NCBI GenBank assembly: GCA_963796275.1
Contig: CAWCKY010000003.1
Span: 320,001-384,000, forward strand
Source of the DNA: an uncultured Acidobacteriota bacterium
GTDB lineage: Bacteria; Acidobacteriota; Blastocatellia; RBC074
Direction of reading: 5' to 3'
DNA length: 64,000 nt
Part shown: positions 19,705-28,544 of the stretch, one piece after another
Position numbering within the stretch: position 1 is the first letter of the stretch
Layout: every line of letters begins with the position of its first letter
The notes under the pieces: generated by a model
Seen by the model: only the letters and a program-made list of their open reading frames with translations
What the model was told of the DNA's origin: nothing
Databases searched by the model: none
Program-made: the position numbers and the translations under genes

Positions 19705-20538
19705 TTAGTTTAGGCTTTTCTCATCCTTCCCGATCACACACATCAATCTTCCGACGGGTTTTCCCGCGCCATTTTCCTTGCGATAACTGAAGAACAGGTC
19801 ATTGCGGCACACTGTACACATGCCGCAATCGTAAATCCTATCAACCTGTACCCCGCAATCGATCAGTTGTCGTCTGTTCGCATATCTTATATCCAGATGA
19901 ACTTTGCCGTTCTCCTGGTGCTTCGAGATCAATTCATCGGCATATAGATATTTCTCGCGAAATTGAGCCATAACCTCGGGACCGACTTCAAAACAACATG
20001 ATGCGATAGCCGGTCCGAGAGCCGCGCGCAGGTCTTCGGCGCGCGTATCATAACTCATTTGCATCTGCTCTACGGTTCGTGCGAGGATGCCTGCGAGAGT
20101 GCCGCGCCAACCGGCATGGACGGCCGCAAATGCGCCGGTGCGCTCATCAGCGATAAGGATAGGGAGGCAATCGGCTGTTTGGGCTGCCAGCAACACGCGT
20201 TCAATGTCGCTCGTAAATGCGTCGCAGACCGGATGTTCGTGCCGGGCGTTTTCGGCGTCTCGAGCGTCGATGACGCGGCGAACGTTCGCGGAATGGATCT
20301 GCATTGCGGTAATGATAGGCCACCCTTCAGTCCCAAGCGCATCGAGGAACCTGCGGCGGTTTTCAATGACATATTCGCGCTCGTCCTTCCTGAAATTTCC
20401 CAGGTCGAGTGCGTCCGCGGGAAGAGGGCTGACGCCTCCTGATCGCGTGCTGAAGCCATTTATAAAACCGGCTTCCTTGATCGGGTCGCATACGAGCACT
20501 TGTAATTCCCCGTGTTTACGTAAAGTGAAATGATCCAT
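19705..20538 (-). CDS. pgeF: Peptidoglycan editing factor PgeF / YfiH family
   Basis: GFSTRSGGVS, QIHS, TADCLPILI, AVHAGWRG, GPAIASCCFEVG, CTVC...FFSYR. Confidence 0.9.
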   Translation of the reverse strand: MDHFTLRKHGELQVLVCDPIKEAGFINGFSTRSGGVSPLPADALDLGNFRKDEREYVIENRRRFLDALGTEGWPIITAMQIHSANVRRVIDARDAENARHEHPVCDAFTSDIERVLLAAQTADCLPILIADERTGAFAAVHAGWRGTLAGILARTVEQMQMSYDTRAEDLRAALGPAIASCCFEVGPEVMAQFREKYLYADELISKHQENGKVHLDIRYANRRQLIDCGVQVDRIYDCGMCTVCRNDLFFSYRKENGAGKPVGRLMCVIGKDEKSLN

Positions 20539-20573
20539 CTCAGGTCTCGAACTACGAATCTAGAATCTTATTT

Positions 20574-20957
20574 ATGATCGTCGGTATTGGCGTGGACATC
20601 GTGGAAATCTCGCGCCTGGAGCGCGCGCTTGCTCAGCATGGTGAGCGATTTCGCGATCGCGTCTTCACGCCTCGTGAGATCGCCTATTGCGAGATCGTGG
20701 CGCACAGTGCCGAGCGTTATGCCACCCGTTTTGCCGCAAAGGAGGCCGCGCGGAAGGCAATCGGCGCCGCCACGCCCGTCGCCGCGCTCGCATGGCACGA
20801 CGTGGAGATAATAACATCAACTGAGGGCGCGCCGAAGCTGGAATTTCATGGGCGCGCCGCCGAACTTCTGGTACAGCTCAGGGTCACTCGCACGCACGTC
20901 ACACTTTCGCACGAGCGGCAACATGCAGTGGCGTTTGTAGTTTTAGCGAGCGAGTAG
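20574..20957 (+). CDS. acpS: Holo-ACP synthase
   Basis: MIVGIGVDIVEI...RVFTPREI...RFAAKEA...TLSHE. Confidence 0.93.
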   Translation: MIVGIGVDIVEISRLERALAQHGERFRDRVFTPREIAYCEIVAHSAERYATRFAAKEAARKAIGAATPVAALAWHDVEIITSTEGAPKLEFHGRAAELLVQLRVTRTHVTLSHERQHAVAFVVLASE

Positions 20958-20967
20958 GGGGAAGAAT

Positions 20968-21912
20968 ATGGCCGATTCCTTGATCGAAAAACGCAAGCTG
21001 AACTGGAAGCGTCTGGAAGAGCTGATCGGAGAGGCGCGAAGCGTTCGCGATCTGCGTAAATTGAGCCGTTACGAGGTGCGCGAGCTGGGGCGCAGCTATC
21101 GCCGCGCGGCTTCCGACCTGGCGATCGTCCGCGTCGAATCGCGCGACCAACGATTGATCAGCTACCTGAATAATCTGGTCATCCGCGCGCACGGCAAGAT
21201 CTATCGAACCGAATCGAAAGGGTTCCGCCATATCCGTGATTTCTATTGGCACGATTTCCCCGCGATTTTCCGGAGGACTTATCTTTATACGCTTGCCACA
21301 TTCGCAATTTTTCTGGCGATCGCCCTCTGTTCTTTCGTTGCAACCTGGCGCAACAACGATTTCGCCGATCATGCCTATGTGCCGCAGCACTTAGTCCAGA
21401 AGATCAAAAACAACCAGAGCTGGTGGGATGTTCTCAATAATCAGGCTCCGGTCGGAGCGGCTGAGATTATGGCCCGTAACATCGGAGTCAGTTTTATAGT
21501 ATTTGCGCTCAGCATCATCCCGGTGATAGGGACGGTCCATACTCTGATGCCGTCGGCCCTGCAATTCGGGGCGATAAATGCATTGATCGTCAAACATCGA
21601 ATGACCCTCAAGCTCTGGGGCTTTGTCAGCGGCCACGCCGTGCTGGAACTGATGGCGATCTTCATTGCCGGCGGCGCGGGACTCATGATCGGTCTGGCGT
21701 TGCTTGTGCCGGGCGAGAGGACGCGCCGTGAGTCGCTGGTTGAGCGCGGAACCGTGGCTATTAGGCTGATGGCCGGCTGCATTCCATTGCTCGTGATCGC
21801 CGGCTGCATCGAAGCCTTTATTTCTCCTCTGCCTATACATTATGGGTATAGATTTGCCGTATCGGCCGCGACAGCTATCGGGCTGATAGCGTATTTATTC
21901 AAAAAGAAATAG
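20968..21912 (+). CDS. Stage II sporulation protein M-like membrane protein (DUF95)
   Basis: YRRAASDLA, YLNNLV.RAH, NIGV, HAVLELMAIFIAGGAGL, AGCIEAFISP. Confidence 0.88.
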   Translation: MADSLIEKRKLNWKRLEELIGEARSVRDLRKLSRYEVRELGRSYRRAASDLAIVRVESRDQRLISYLNNLVIRAHGKIYRTESKGFRHIRDFYWHDFPAIFRRTYLYTLATFAIFLAIALCSFVATWRNNDFADHAYVPQHLVQKIKNNQSWWDVLNNQAPVGAAEIMARNIGVSFIVFALSIIPVIGTVHTLMPSALQFGAINALIVKHRMTLKLWGFVSGHAVLELMAIFIAGGAGLMIGLALLVPGERTRRESLVERGTVAIRLMAGCIPLLVIAGCIEAFISPLPIHYGYRFAVSAATAIGLIAYLFKKK

Positions 21913-21944
21913 GCAAAAAGAAATAGGATTGAAGTCAGCTTCAG

Positions 21945-22050
21945 GATGAGCGGATTAAGTCAAGCAGGAACGCCGTGAGTATGAGGGTCCGATCCACGGT
22001 AAGCGACGCCCCTGGATGGTGGTAGGCGGTTAGCCAAGCCCTTAAATTCC
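21945..22050. ncRNA. Candidate structured ncRNA (strand uncertain, minus favoured)
   Basis: GC-rich intergenic segment with ccgtg/cacgg and cgcc/ggcg stems, ttaag/cttaa closing pair, and a tgaag-tcag-cttca hairpin plus T-run downstream on minus. Confidence 0.35.
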
Positions 22051-22083
22051 AGATATGCGGACCGGATTGCAATTTACAATTTC

Positions 22084-22698
22084 TTAGTCGGTAACGGGGA
22101 TTCGATGATCCAATGCATTGCTGACGATGCGGGCTGCGGTCTCGCTGATGTGCGAGCGCCAGACTTTGCGGTCTTCCTCCTGGGCCCCGCTCAGCAGCAA
22201 CAACCGCTTAAGGATTTCGGTCGTGACGGCAACGAGGAATGCCCCCTGGGTGCCTTGCTGGCGTAATTGTTCGTTATCGCGGAGTGCGCGATCGCGCTCT
22301 CCTTCCTGCTCAAACCGCGGAATTTCACGATCGAGTATCTCGAAGGCGACGACTGCGGGTTTCTGTTTTCTGGCCGCGGCGAAGTCGGAAAGCCGAGAAC
22401 GTAATTCTGCGGTTAATGGAAGTTCGATAAGAGGAGACGCCATGCTCAGCGCATGAATGGCCTTTCTGTGGCGTAAAACGCGCGTCGCGATCACAAATAT
22501 GATCATCCAGTATAGGGTGAAGATGAGCCCTACGATGACCAGGTCCTTGAAGACCAGGCTATCTTTTCCGCTCAAGAAAAAGTAGATAACCGGAATCAGC
22601 GCCGGAATGATTATCAATAGTATCCGGTACCAGTTCCAGGGCGGTCCGCTCCTTCGGCCCTTATCTGCCTTTTTGTCGACGGCGTTGTTTTGTTCCAT
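22084..22698 (-). CDS. Hypothetical membrane protein (2 TM) with possible ribbon-helix-helix-like C-terminus
   Basis: Two hydrophobic helices followed by IELPLTAELRSRLSDFAAARKQKPAVVAFEILDREI. Confidence 0.6.
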   Translation of the reverse strand: MEQNNAVDKKADKGRRSGPPWNWYRILLIIIPALIPVIYFFLSGKDSLVFKDLVIVGLIFTLYWMIIFVIATRVLRHRKAIHALSMASPLIELPLTAELRSRLSDFAAARKQKPAVVAFEILDREIPRFEQEGERDRALRDNEQLRQQGTQGAFLVAVTTEILKRLLLLSGAQEEDRKVWRSHISETAARIVSNALDHRIPVTD

Positions 22699-22854
22699 TT
22701 CGATTCCTTAGTGCCTCAGTCAAGTTCGGATATTATAACTCAATCCCCGAACTAGGCCAGTAGATGATTCATTTATCTCTACCGTGAGGCTTTTCGGAAA
22801 CGTGTCCCTGACAAATCGCGTCTCTGCTAGCGTCAGCAGCGATCGAAGAATCTT

Positions 22855-22928
22855 CAGACAGGGTTTATAGGATTTTTAGAATTTTTCCCAATCCTTTAAA
22901 TCCTGGAAAATCCTGTAAATCCTATCTA
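22855..22928. repeat. AATCCTG-type repeat palindrome
   Basis: agacagggtttataggatttttagaat ... aatcctttaaatcctggaaaatcctgtaaatcctatct. Confidence 0.6.
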
Positions 22929-22948
22929 AATCTCTGAGGAGATAAACG

Positions 22949-25900
22949 ATGAGTAAAAAAATACTTCTCCATTCACCCTCCTACCGCATTCGCACATCGA
23001 GAGTGGTTCTGATCATCTGCGCGCTCTACCTGGCCTACCCAAATTTTATTACCAGCCAGGCTCAACAAACCGCACCCAAGCGGGCGTTAACGCATCAGGA
23101 TTACGACGACTGGCGTGCGATCCAGGGAGAACAGATTTCGCGGAATGGCAAATTCATAGCTTATTCTCTCACCCCGCAAGATGGGGATGGAGAACTCGTC
23201 GTACGGAACCTGGCGACAGGAACGGAGTATAGGCACGGTCGCGGTTGGCGTCCGCCCGCGCCGAGGCCCGATTTCGATGATCCGGCGGCGGCGCAGGCAT
23301 TCATCGGCAGGATGAATCGACTTACCAGACCAACCTTCACGGCCGACAGCCGCTTCGTCGTCTTCTCGATTGAGCCGAACAAGACAGATATTCTCAAAGC
23401 CCGGAGAGAGAAGAAGAAGCCGGAGGAGATGCCTAAGATCGCACTGGGCATTATGGATTTATCGAGCGGTCAGGTAACGCGCGTCGAAAAAGTCAAAAAT
23501 TTCCAGGTCCCCGAAGATGGAACGGGATTTATCGTTTATCTGTTAGAACCACTGCCGGAAGGGACGGCTGACCAGAAGAGAACAGATGGGGCAGGAGCGA
23601 AGGCCGGGCCAAGGGCAGGGGTAAGGGCAACGGGGACGGCGACGGCAACGGCACCGGCAGGTGCTCGGGCCGCTTCTGAGAGACCAGCCGGTGTGGGGGC
23701 GAAAAGGTCGGGCGAGCGGAAAAAAGAGTATGGCTCGGACCTGGTGGTGCTTAATCTTTCCAATAACAGCGAACGAACGATCGCAGACGTCCTCGAATAC
23801 AGTTTCAGCAAAGATGCGAAGAATGTGGTTTACACAGTGTCGGCCAAAAAAGAAGAGGGCAATGGCATCTACACCGTCACACCGGAGAGCGATGCCGCGC
23901 CGGTTGAGCTACTGGCGGGGAGGGGCAAGTACGATAGGATAACGTGGGATGAAGACCAGACGCAGTTGGCTTTCATCAGCGACCGCGACGATGCTTCTGC
24001 CGATCAACCGAAGTTCAAGCTCTATCATTGGGATCGCCGATCGCCGAAAGCTGCGGAGATCGTTTCTGCCGCGAGTCCCAATTTTCGTTCGGGCATGGTC
24101 ATCAGCGATAAGGCCTCGCTCAGCTTCTCGCTAGATGGCAGCCATTTGTTCTTCGGGGTTGCGCCTCTGCCGGAAAGCGAAAAAGAGCGGGATGCGGAGG
24201 AATCGTCCGACGAAAAAGTCATCGTCGATCTCTGGCATTGGAAAGACGATTACATCCAACCGATGCAGAAGGTGCGTGCTGAACGGGATCGCAATCGCTC
24301 GTATCGCGCCGTCTATCACTTAATAGAGAATAAATTTATTCAGCTTGCGGATGAAACTTTGCAGGACGTCAATACATCGGCTAACGGGTTGTGGGCGATC
24401 GGACTCGATGATCGCGACTACCGCACAACCATCGGATGGGAGTCGTTCGGCGGAATTGCTGATATCTATCTTGTAAATACGCGCGACGGATCGCGCAAGG
24501 AAGTGCTGAAGAAGAACAGGTCCAACGTGGCGCTATCGCCGAACGGCAAGTACGGGCTTTTCTTCGACGGCAAGGACTGGAATACATTCTCCACAGCAAA
24601 CGGCAAAATTACCAACATAACAAAGAATTTGACGGTTGGGTTTTGGCGCGAAGATAACGATGTTCCAAATACGCCGCCGCCATACGGAAATGCCGGATGG
24701 GCCAAGGACGATAAATATGTGCTCCTGTACGATCGGTACGACATCTGGCAGGTTGCACCCGACGGCTCATCGGCGAAAAATCTGACTGACGGTGTGGGGC
24801 GCAAGGAGAGCATAGAATTCCGTTATGTTCGCCTCGACCCTGATGAGAGGTGGATCGATCCGTTCAATCCGATTTTGCTCCGCGCCGAAAACCAGTCGAC
24901 ATTCGACTCCGGTTTTTATCGCGACCGCATCGACGGCGGAATGCCGGAGAGACTTTTCATGGCGGCGAAGAGCTTCGCGCAGCCTACCAAAGCGAAAGAC
25001 GTCGACACGCTCATGCTCACCGCCACGCGTTTCGATGAATTCCCCGATATTTACATCACCGATTCGAATTTCAAGGAGTTGAAGAAGTCCAGCAACGCGG
25101 GCGCGCAGAGGGAGAAATTCCTGTGGGGCAAAGCGGAGTTGATTCGATATAAGAACACTGACGGAGTTTTATTGAGCGGGATACTGATCAAGCCCGAGAA
25201 TTTCGACCCGACGGAGAAGTATCCGATGATGGTCTACATCTATGAGAAGCTTTCGGACAGCCTGCATCGCTTCGTCAATCCTTCTCCCGGTACGTCGATC
25301 AATGCCTCGTTCTATGCAAGCAACGGTTACCTGGTTCTGATGCCCGACATCGTCTACACGATCGGCTATCCGGGGCAAAGCGCGCTCAAATGCGTGCTGC
25401 CCGCGATCCAGTCGATCATCGATAAAGGCTATGTCAAGGAAGACGCCATCGGCATTCAGGGTCACAGTTGGGGCGGTTATCAGATAGCGTATATGGTGAC
25501 ACAGACGAACCGCTTTCGCGCTGCCGCGCCCGGCGCGTTGGTTGGAAATATGACGAGCGCCTACAGCGGCATTCGATGGGGCACCGGGTTGCCGCGCCAA
25601 TTCCAGTACGAACATACGCAGAGCCGCATCGGCGGAAATCTCTGGGAATTCCCCATCCGTTTTATCGAGAACTCCCCGGTCTTCCACGCACAACGGGTAC
25701 AGACGCCGATCCTCTCGCTGCACAATGACAACGATGACGCGGTGCCTTGGTATCAGGGCATTGAGTACTACCTCGCGCTGCGCCGGCTCGGCAAAGAGGT
25801 CTATCTGTTCAATTACAACGGCGAGTATCACGGTCTGCGCAAGAGGCATAACCAGAAGGATTACACTAGGCGACTGCAGGAATTCTTCGACCATTACCTG

Positions 25901-26017
25901 AAGGGCGCGCCCAAGCCCGAATGGATGGAGAAGGGCATCCCATATCTAGAACGGGAGAAAGAGAAGGATAAATATAAGACCGCTTCGGATAATAAGGAAA
26001 AAGCGCAGAATAATTGA
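22949..26017 (+). CDS. S9 prolyl oligopeptidase family serine peptidase (secreted)
   Basis: GHSWGGY nucleophile motif, DDAVP, GEYHGL, N-terminal propeller region and signal peptide. Confidence 0.92.
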   Translation: MSKKILLHSPSYRIRTSRVVLIICALYLAYPNFITSQAQQTAPKRALTHQDYDDWRAIQGEQISRNGKFIAYSLTPQDGDGELVVRNLATGTEYRHGRGWRPPAPRPDFDDPAAAQAFIGRMNRLTRPTFTADSRFVVFSIEPNKTDILKARREKKKPEEMPKIALGIMDLSSGQVTRVEKVKNFQVPEDGTGFIVYLLEPLPEGTADQKRTDGAGAKAGPRAGVRATGTATATAPAGARAASERPAGVGAKRSGERKKEYGSDLVVLNLSNNSERTIADVLEYSFSKDAKNVVYTVSAKKEEGNGIYTVTPESDAAPVELLAGRGKYDRITWDEDQTQLAFISDRDDASADQPKFKLYHWDRRSPKAAEIVSAASPNFRSGMVISDKASLSFSLDGSHLFFGVAPLPESEKERDAEESSDEKVIVDLWHWKDDYIQPMQKVRAERDRNRSYRAVYHLIENKFIQLADETLQDVNTSANGLWAIGLDDRDYRTTIGWESFGGIADIYLVNTRDGSRKEVLKKNRSNVALSPNGKYGLFFDGKDWNTFSTANGKITNITKNLTVGFWREDNDVPNTPPPYGNAGWAKDDKYVLLYDRYDIWQVAPDGSSAKNLTDGVGRKESIEFRYVRLDPDERWIDPFNPILLRAENQSTFDSGFYRDRIDGGMPERLFMAAKSFAQPTKAKDVDTLMLTATRFDEFPDIYITDSNFKELKKSSNAGAQREKFLWGKAELIRYKNTDGVLLSGILIKPENFDPTEKYPMMVYIYEKLSDSLHRFVNPSPGTSINASFYASNGYLVLMPDIVYTIGYPGQSALKCVLPAIQSIIDKGYVKEDAIGIQGHSWGGYQIAYMVTQTNRFRAAAPGALVGNMTSAYSGIRWGTGLPRQFQYEHTQSRIGGNLWEFPIRFIENSPVFHAQRVQTPILSLHNDNDDAVPWYQGIEYYLALRRLGKEVYLFNYNGEYHGLRKRHNQKDYTRRLQEFFDHYLKGAPKPEWMEKGIPYLEREKEKDKYKTASDNKEKAQNN

Positions 26018-26029
26018 TAGTTGATAGTT

Positions 26030-26424
26030 TTTAAGGTTGGCGAATTCATTCGCCGAACGGCCATCACGTCGATGGCGAAATGGATTCGCGCTTGCGTCCG
26101 CGGCATTTGCTTCAGACATAGCTCCCGCAGCTCTTTAACATCAATCGACCCGTCGGCGAGCGCGCTATAAAGGCTAGGCCACTTCCTGGTGAAGGCAGGA
26201 GCTAGCGAGAGTTCAGCATAGGAGCGCGCGGCCGGTGTCTGGATTACTGCATCCATGATTTCAAACAACGCATCGTGCTGATTTTCAAAGAGCGCGTAAA
26301 CTTGCTGACGAAAGTCCGTCAGTGAATTAATATGTTCTTGGGTTGGTTTGTTGATGGTCACGCATAACAACTAACCCTGGCGCGGCTGTGGTGGAAGCCC
26401 CAGCCGCGTTTATCTAAAGTCGAG
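26030..26424 (-). mobile_element. Truncated DDE transposase remnant (IS701-like / DDE_5-type N-terminus) between heptamer repeat arms
   Basis: FRQQVYALF..DALFEIMDAV..RSYAELSLAPAFTRKWPSLYSALADG...FAIDV, cut off after the first catalytic Asp region. Confidence 0.7.
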
Positions 26425-26443
26425 AACTATCAACTATCAATTA

Positions 26444-27058
26444 TCAATTACTAAGGTATGGTCTTTGAGCCCTGGCCTCTCGCAGCGCGTATCCCCACCA
26501 CGCGAGCTGGTCGAGCATAGATTTTGCCATTCTTTCATAGCCGTCAGGAGTCTTCGGCTGACCTTCGGCGTCGAATTGCGCCCATGCACTGTGAAAGCTA
26601 ACCGTATTGCGGACGGTGACTGCATGCAGCTCCGCGTATATCTGGCGAAGCTGTTCCACCGCTCGCAAACCTCCGCTAATACCGCCGTATGAGACGAATC
26701 CGATCGGCTTGGCTAGCCAAACTCGGGAGTGCCAATCGATGGCGGTTTTGAGTGGTGCGGGAAAGCTGTGGTTGTATTCCGGGGTCACGACGACGAACGC
26801 ATCGGCGTGCGTAAGCCGAGGCGTGATGGCCGCCACCTCGGGGGCTGGTTGCTCAGATAGAATGTCGGGCAATCGGGCCTCTGCCAGATCGATGACGTCT
26901 ACGGTCATATCGTCCCGCTTTCCAGCCTGGCCGGCGAACCAATTGGCCACGGTCGGCGCGAAACGGCCCTGCCTGGTGCTGCCAATAATGATCGCCAGAT
27001 GAAGGATGTTATCGTCGCCTGTGGTCGCTATTGGTGAATGCTGTTCCGTCATCTCCAT
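26444..27058 (-). CDS. NAD(P)H-dependent FMN reductase
   Basis: IIGSTRQGRF, VTPEYNHSFPAPLKTAID, SYGGISGGLRAVEQLR. Confidence 0.92.
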   Translation of the reverse strand: MEMTEQHSPIATTGDDNILHLAIIIGSTRQGRFAPTVANWFAGQAGKRDDMTVDVIDLAEARLPDILSEQPAPEVAAITPRLTHADAFVVVTPEYNHSFPAPLKTAIDWHSRVWLAKPIGFVSYGGISGGLRAVEQLRQIYAELHAVTVRNTVSFHSAWAQFDAEGQPKTPDGYERMAKSMLDQLAWWGYALREARAQRPYLSN

Positions 27059-27090
27059 TATCGTGTCTCCTTTCTCTTTTATGCGTCTCG

Positions 27091-27792
27091 TTAGTTTGCT
27101 GGTTGGCTCGCCAGACTGCGCGCGAGGCGGTATCGCTTATATCCGCTCGATTTGATTCCGGAGAAGTTGCGCACATCGCGCCACTTGGAACCCGATCCGA
27201 TGCTGTCTTGACCTGACCGGTCAATAGCATCGCGGTGAGACCCTTCATCGGTCCACTCCGCATAATTGAGTACGCGCGCGCCGTCGATGCTGATGTGGAA
27301 GTGTCCGGAGATTCCGCCGGGATGCAACTCGGTCTCGGACTCCAGCGCTTCGAAGACAGCATCGACCCATCGCTTCTGCCGCCGCTCGTCGGGTCCATCG
27401 AACTCTACCGAGACCATAACGACGCACCCGGGAACTGGCGCATCGAGCCTGACGCCGCTTCGGTACAGCCGGTAGTTGGCCGGTCCGCTGCGCTCGATCC
27501 CCGTAACGGCGCGGTCGATCTGCTCGACCCGTAAACGGGAGTTGGTCTTCTCAAAGATGTGGTAGGCATCGTCCCCGGTCCACTGGGCGTAGTTCAGGAC
27601 TGTTTCGCCATCGGTGCTCAGGAAGAGGTTTACCGACAGCAGGCCCTGTGGCCACGGCGCATCTTCCCATGCGGTGACGAAAGCTTCGACAAGAGCCTGC
27701 TGCCGCTCAGGCGTATCAACCTTCCATTCGCTGACCAAAATAGTGCGAGCGTCGGGCCGGGCGATGTCGGGCAATTTTGCGCTGACGATCAT
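27091..27792 (-). CDS. Two-domain antibiotic biosynthesis monooxygenase (ABM)-like protein
   Basis: Duplicated motif GLLSVNLFLSTDGETVLNYAQW / GGISGHFHISIDGARVLNYAEW. Confidence 0.85.
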   Translation of the reverse strand: MIVSAKLPDIARPDARTILVSEWKVDTPERQQALVEAFVTAWEDAPWPQGLLSVNLFLSTDGETVLNYAQWTGDDAYHIFEKTNSRLRVEQIDRAVTGIERSGPANYRLYRSGVRLDAPVPGCVVMVSVEFDGPDERRQKRWVDAVFEALESETELHPGGISGHFHISIDGARVLNYAEWTDEGSHRDAIDRSGQDSIGSGSKWRDVRNFSGIKSSGYKRYRLARSLASQPAN

Positions 27793-27914
27793 TGCGATCT
27801 CCTTCGGGTCAGAGCACGCACTCGCGCGGCGGTGGCCAGTAGTTGATAAACGACATTTCGACCGATTTTGCCGGTCGCCCCCGCGACCAGGGTCGTCTTT
27901 ATCTCATTGCTCAT
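27789..27914 (-). pseudogene. Truncated NAD(P)-binding (NmrA/SDR-like) gene fragment, 41 aa
   Basis: MSNEIKTTLVAGATGKIGRNVVYQLLATAARVRALTRR; GGAGG RBS; ATGA overlap with the ABM gene. Confidence 0.7.
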
Positions 27915-27960
27915 ATTTTCCTCCCTCCATTTTTCACTGCTCGATTTTGAAGACAATTGC

Positions 27961-27991
27961 ATCCTACAAGTTCAAGTGAACTTGAAGTCAA
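27961..27991 (-). promoter_or_regulatory. SoxR-activated promoter with soxbox
   Basis: Minus strand TTGACT-N19-TAGGAT; palindrome TTCAAGT-GA-ACTTGAA at 27971-27986. Confidence 0.88.
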
Positions 27992-28017
27992 TAGGGGTAA
28001 TGTAATATTTTTTTGCT

Positions 28018-28467
28018 ATGTCATTACTTCTCACAATCAGCGAGGTTTCGCGTCGCAGCGGCGTCGCGGCATCGGCTCTGCGTTACTACGAAGAGAAGGG
28101 GCTAATCAAGTCTGAACGGATAGGATCGGCTGGCCATCGCCGTTATCCGCGGGCGGTTCTGAGAGTAGTTGCGTTCATAGTTTTCGCGCAGCGGATTGGG
28201 CTAAGTCTTGAAGAGATAGGAGCTGAGCTGGCCAAGCTGCCGGACGATCGAGTGCCAGAGGGCTCGGATTGGGCCAAGCTCTCAAGTGGCTGGACCGGCC
28301 GCATCGACGAGCGAATAGCCGAGCTAGAGCGGCTGCGGGCGGGCCTCACACAATGCATCGGCTGTGGCTGCCTGTCGCTGGAAAAGTGCAAACTTGTGAA
28401 CTCCGGCGACCGTGCGGCGCGCGGCGGCCCTGGCCCGCGCTATTGGCTTGGCGACCAACGAAAATAA
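28018..28467 (+). CDS. soxR: Redox-sensitive transcriptional activator SoxR
   Basis: MerR HTH SGVAASALRYYE and [2Fe-2S] motif CIGCGCLSLEKC. Confidence 0.95.
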   Translation: MSLLLTISEVSRRSGVAASALRYYEEKGLIKSERIGSAGHRRYPRAVLRVVAFIVFAQRIGLSLEEIGAELAKLPDDRVPEGSDWAKLSSGWTGRIDERIAELERLRAGLTQCIGCGCLSLEKCKLVNSGDRAARGGPGPRYWLGDQRK

Positions 28468-28541
28468 TTGATAATTGATAGTTGGTAAACACTGTGTCAA
28501 CAATCTATACGAACTATCAACTATCAACTATTAATTATCAA
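28465..28541. repeat. Heptamer palindrome (TTGATAA/G)n...(CTATCAA)n
   Basis: taattgataattgatagttg ... aactatcaactatcaactattaattatcaa. Confidence 0.8.
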
Positions 28542-28544
28542 ATT

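Noticed and set aside
21943-21962. tRNA-Ser-like D-arm (ggatgagcggattaagtc)
   Set aside because: No acceptor stem, anticodon arm or TTCG T-loop follows.
23575-23705. Ala/Gly/Thr low-complexity insert in the S9 peptidase
   Set aside because: In frame, ordinary variable linker.
28482-28544. N-terminal extension of the methyltransferase (TNYQLSTINYQ)
   Set aside because: It is the translated heptamer repeat; the real start is likely 28545 or 28548. The same applies to 14137-14163 and 45938-46069.
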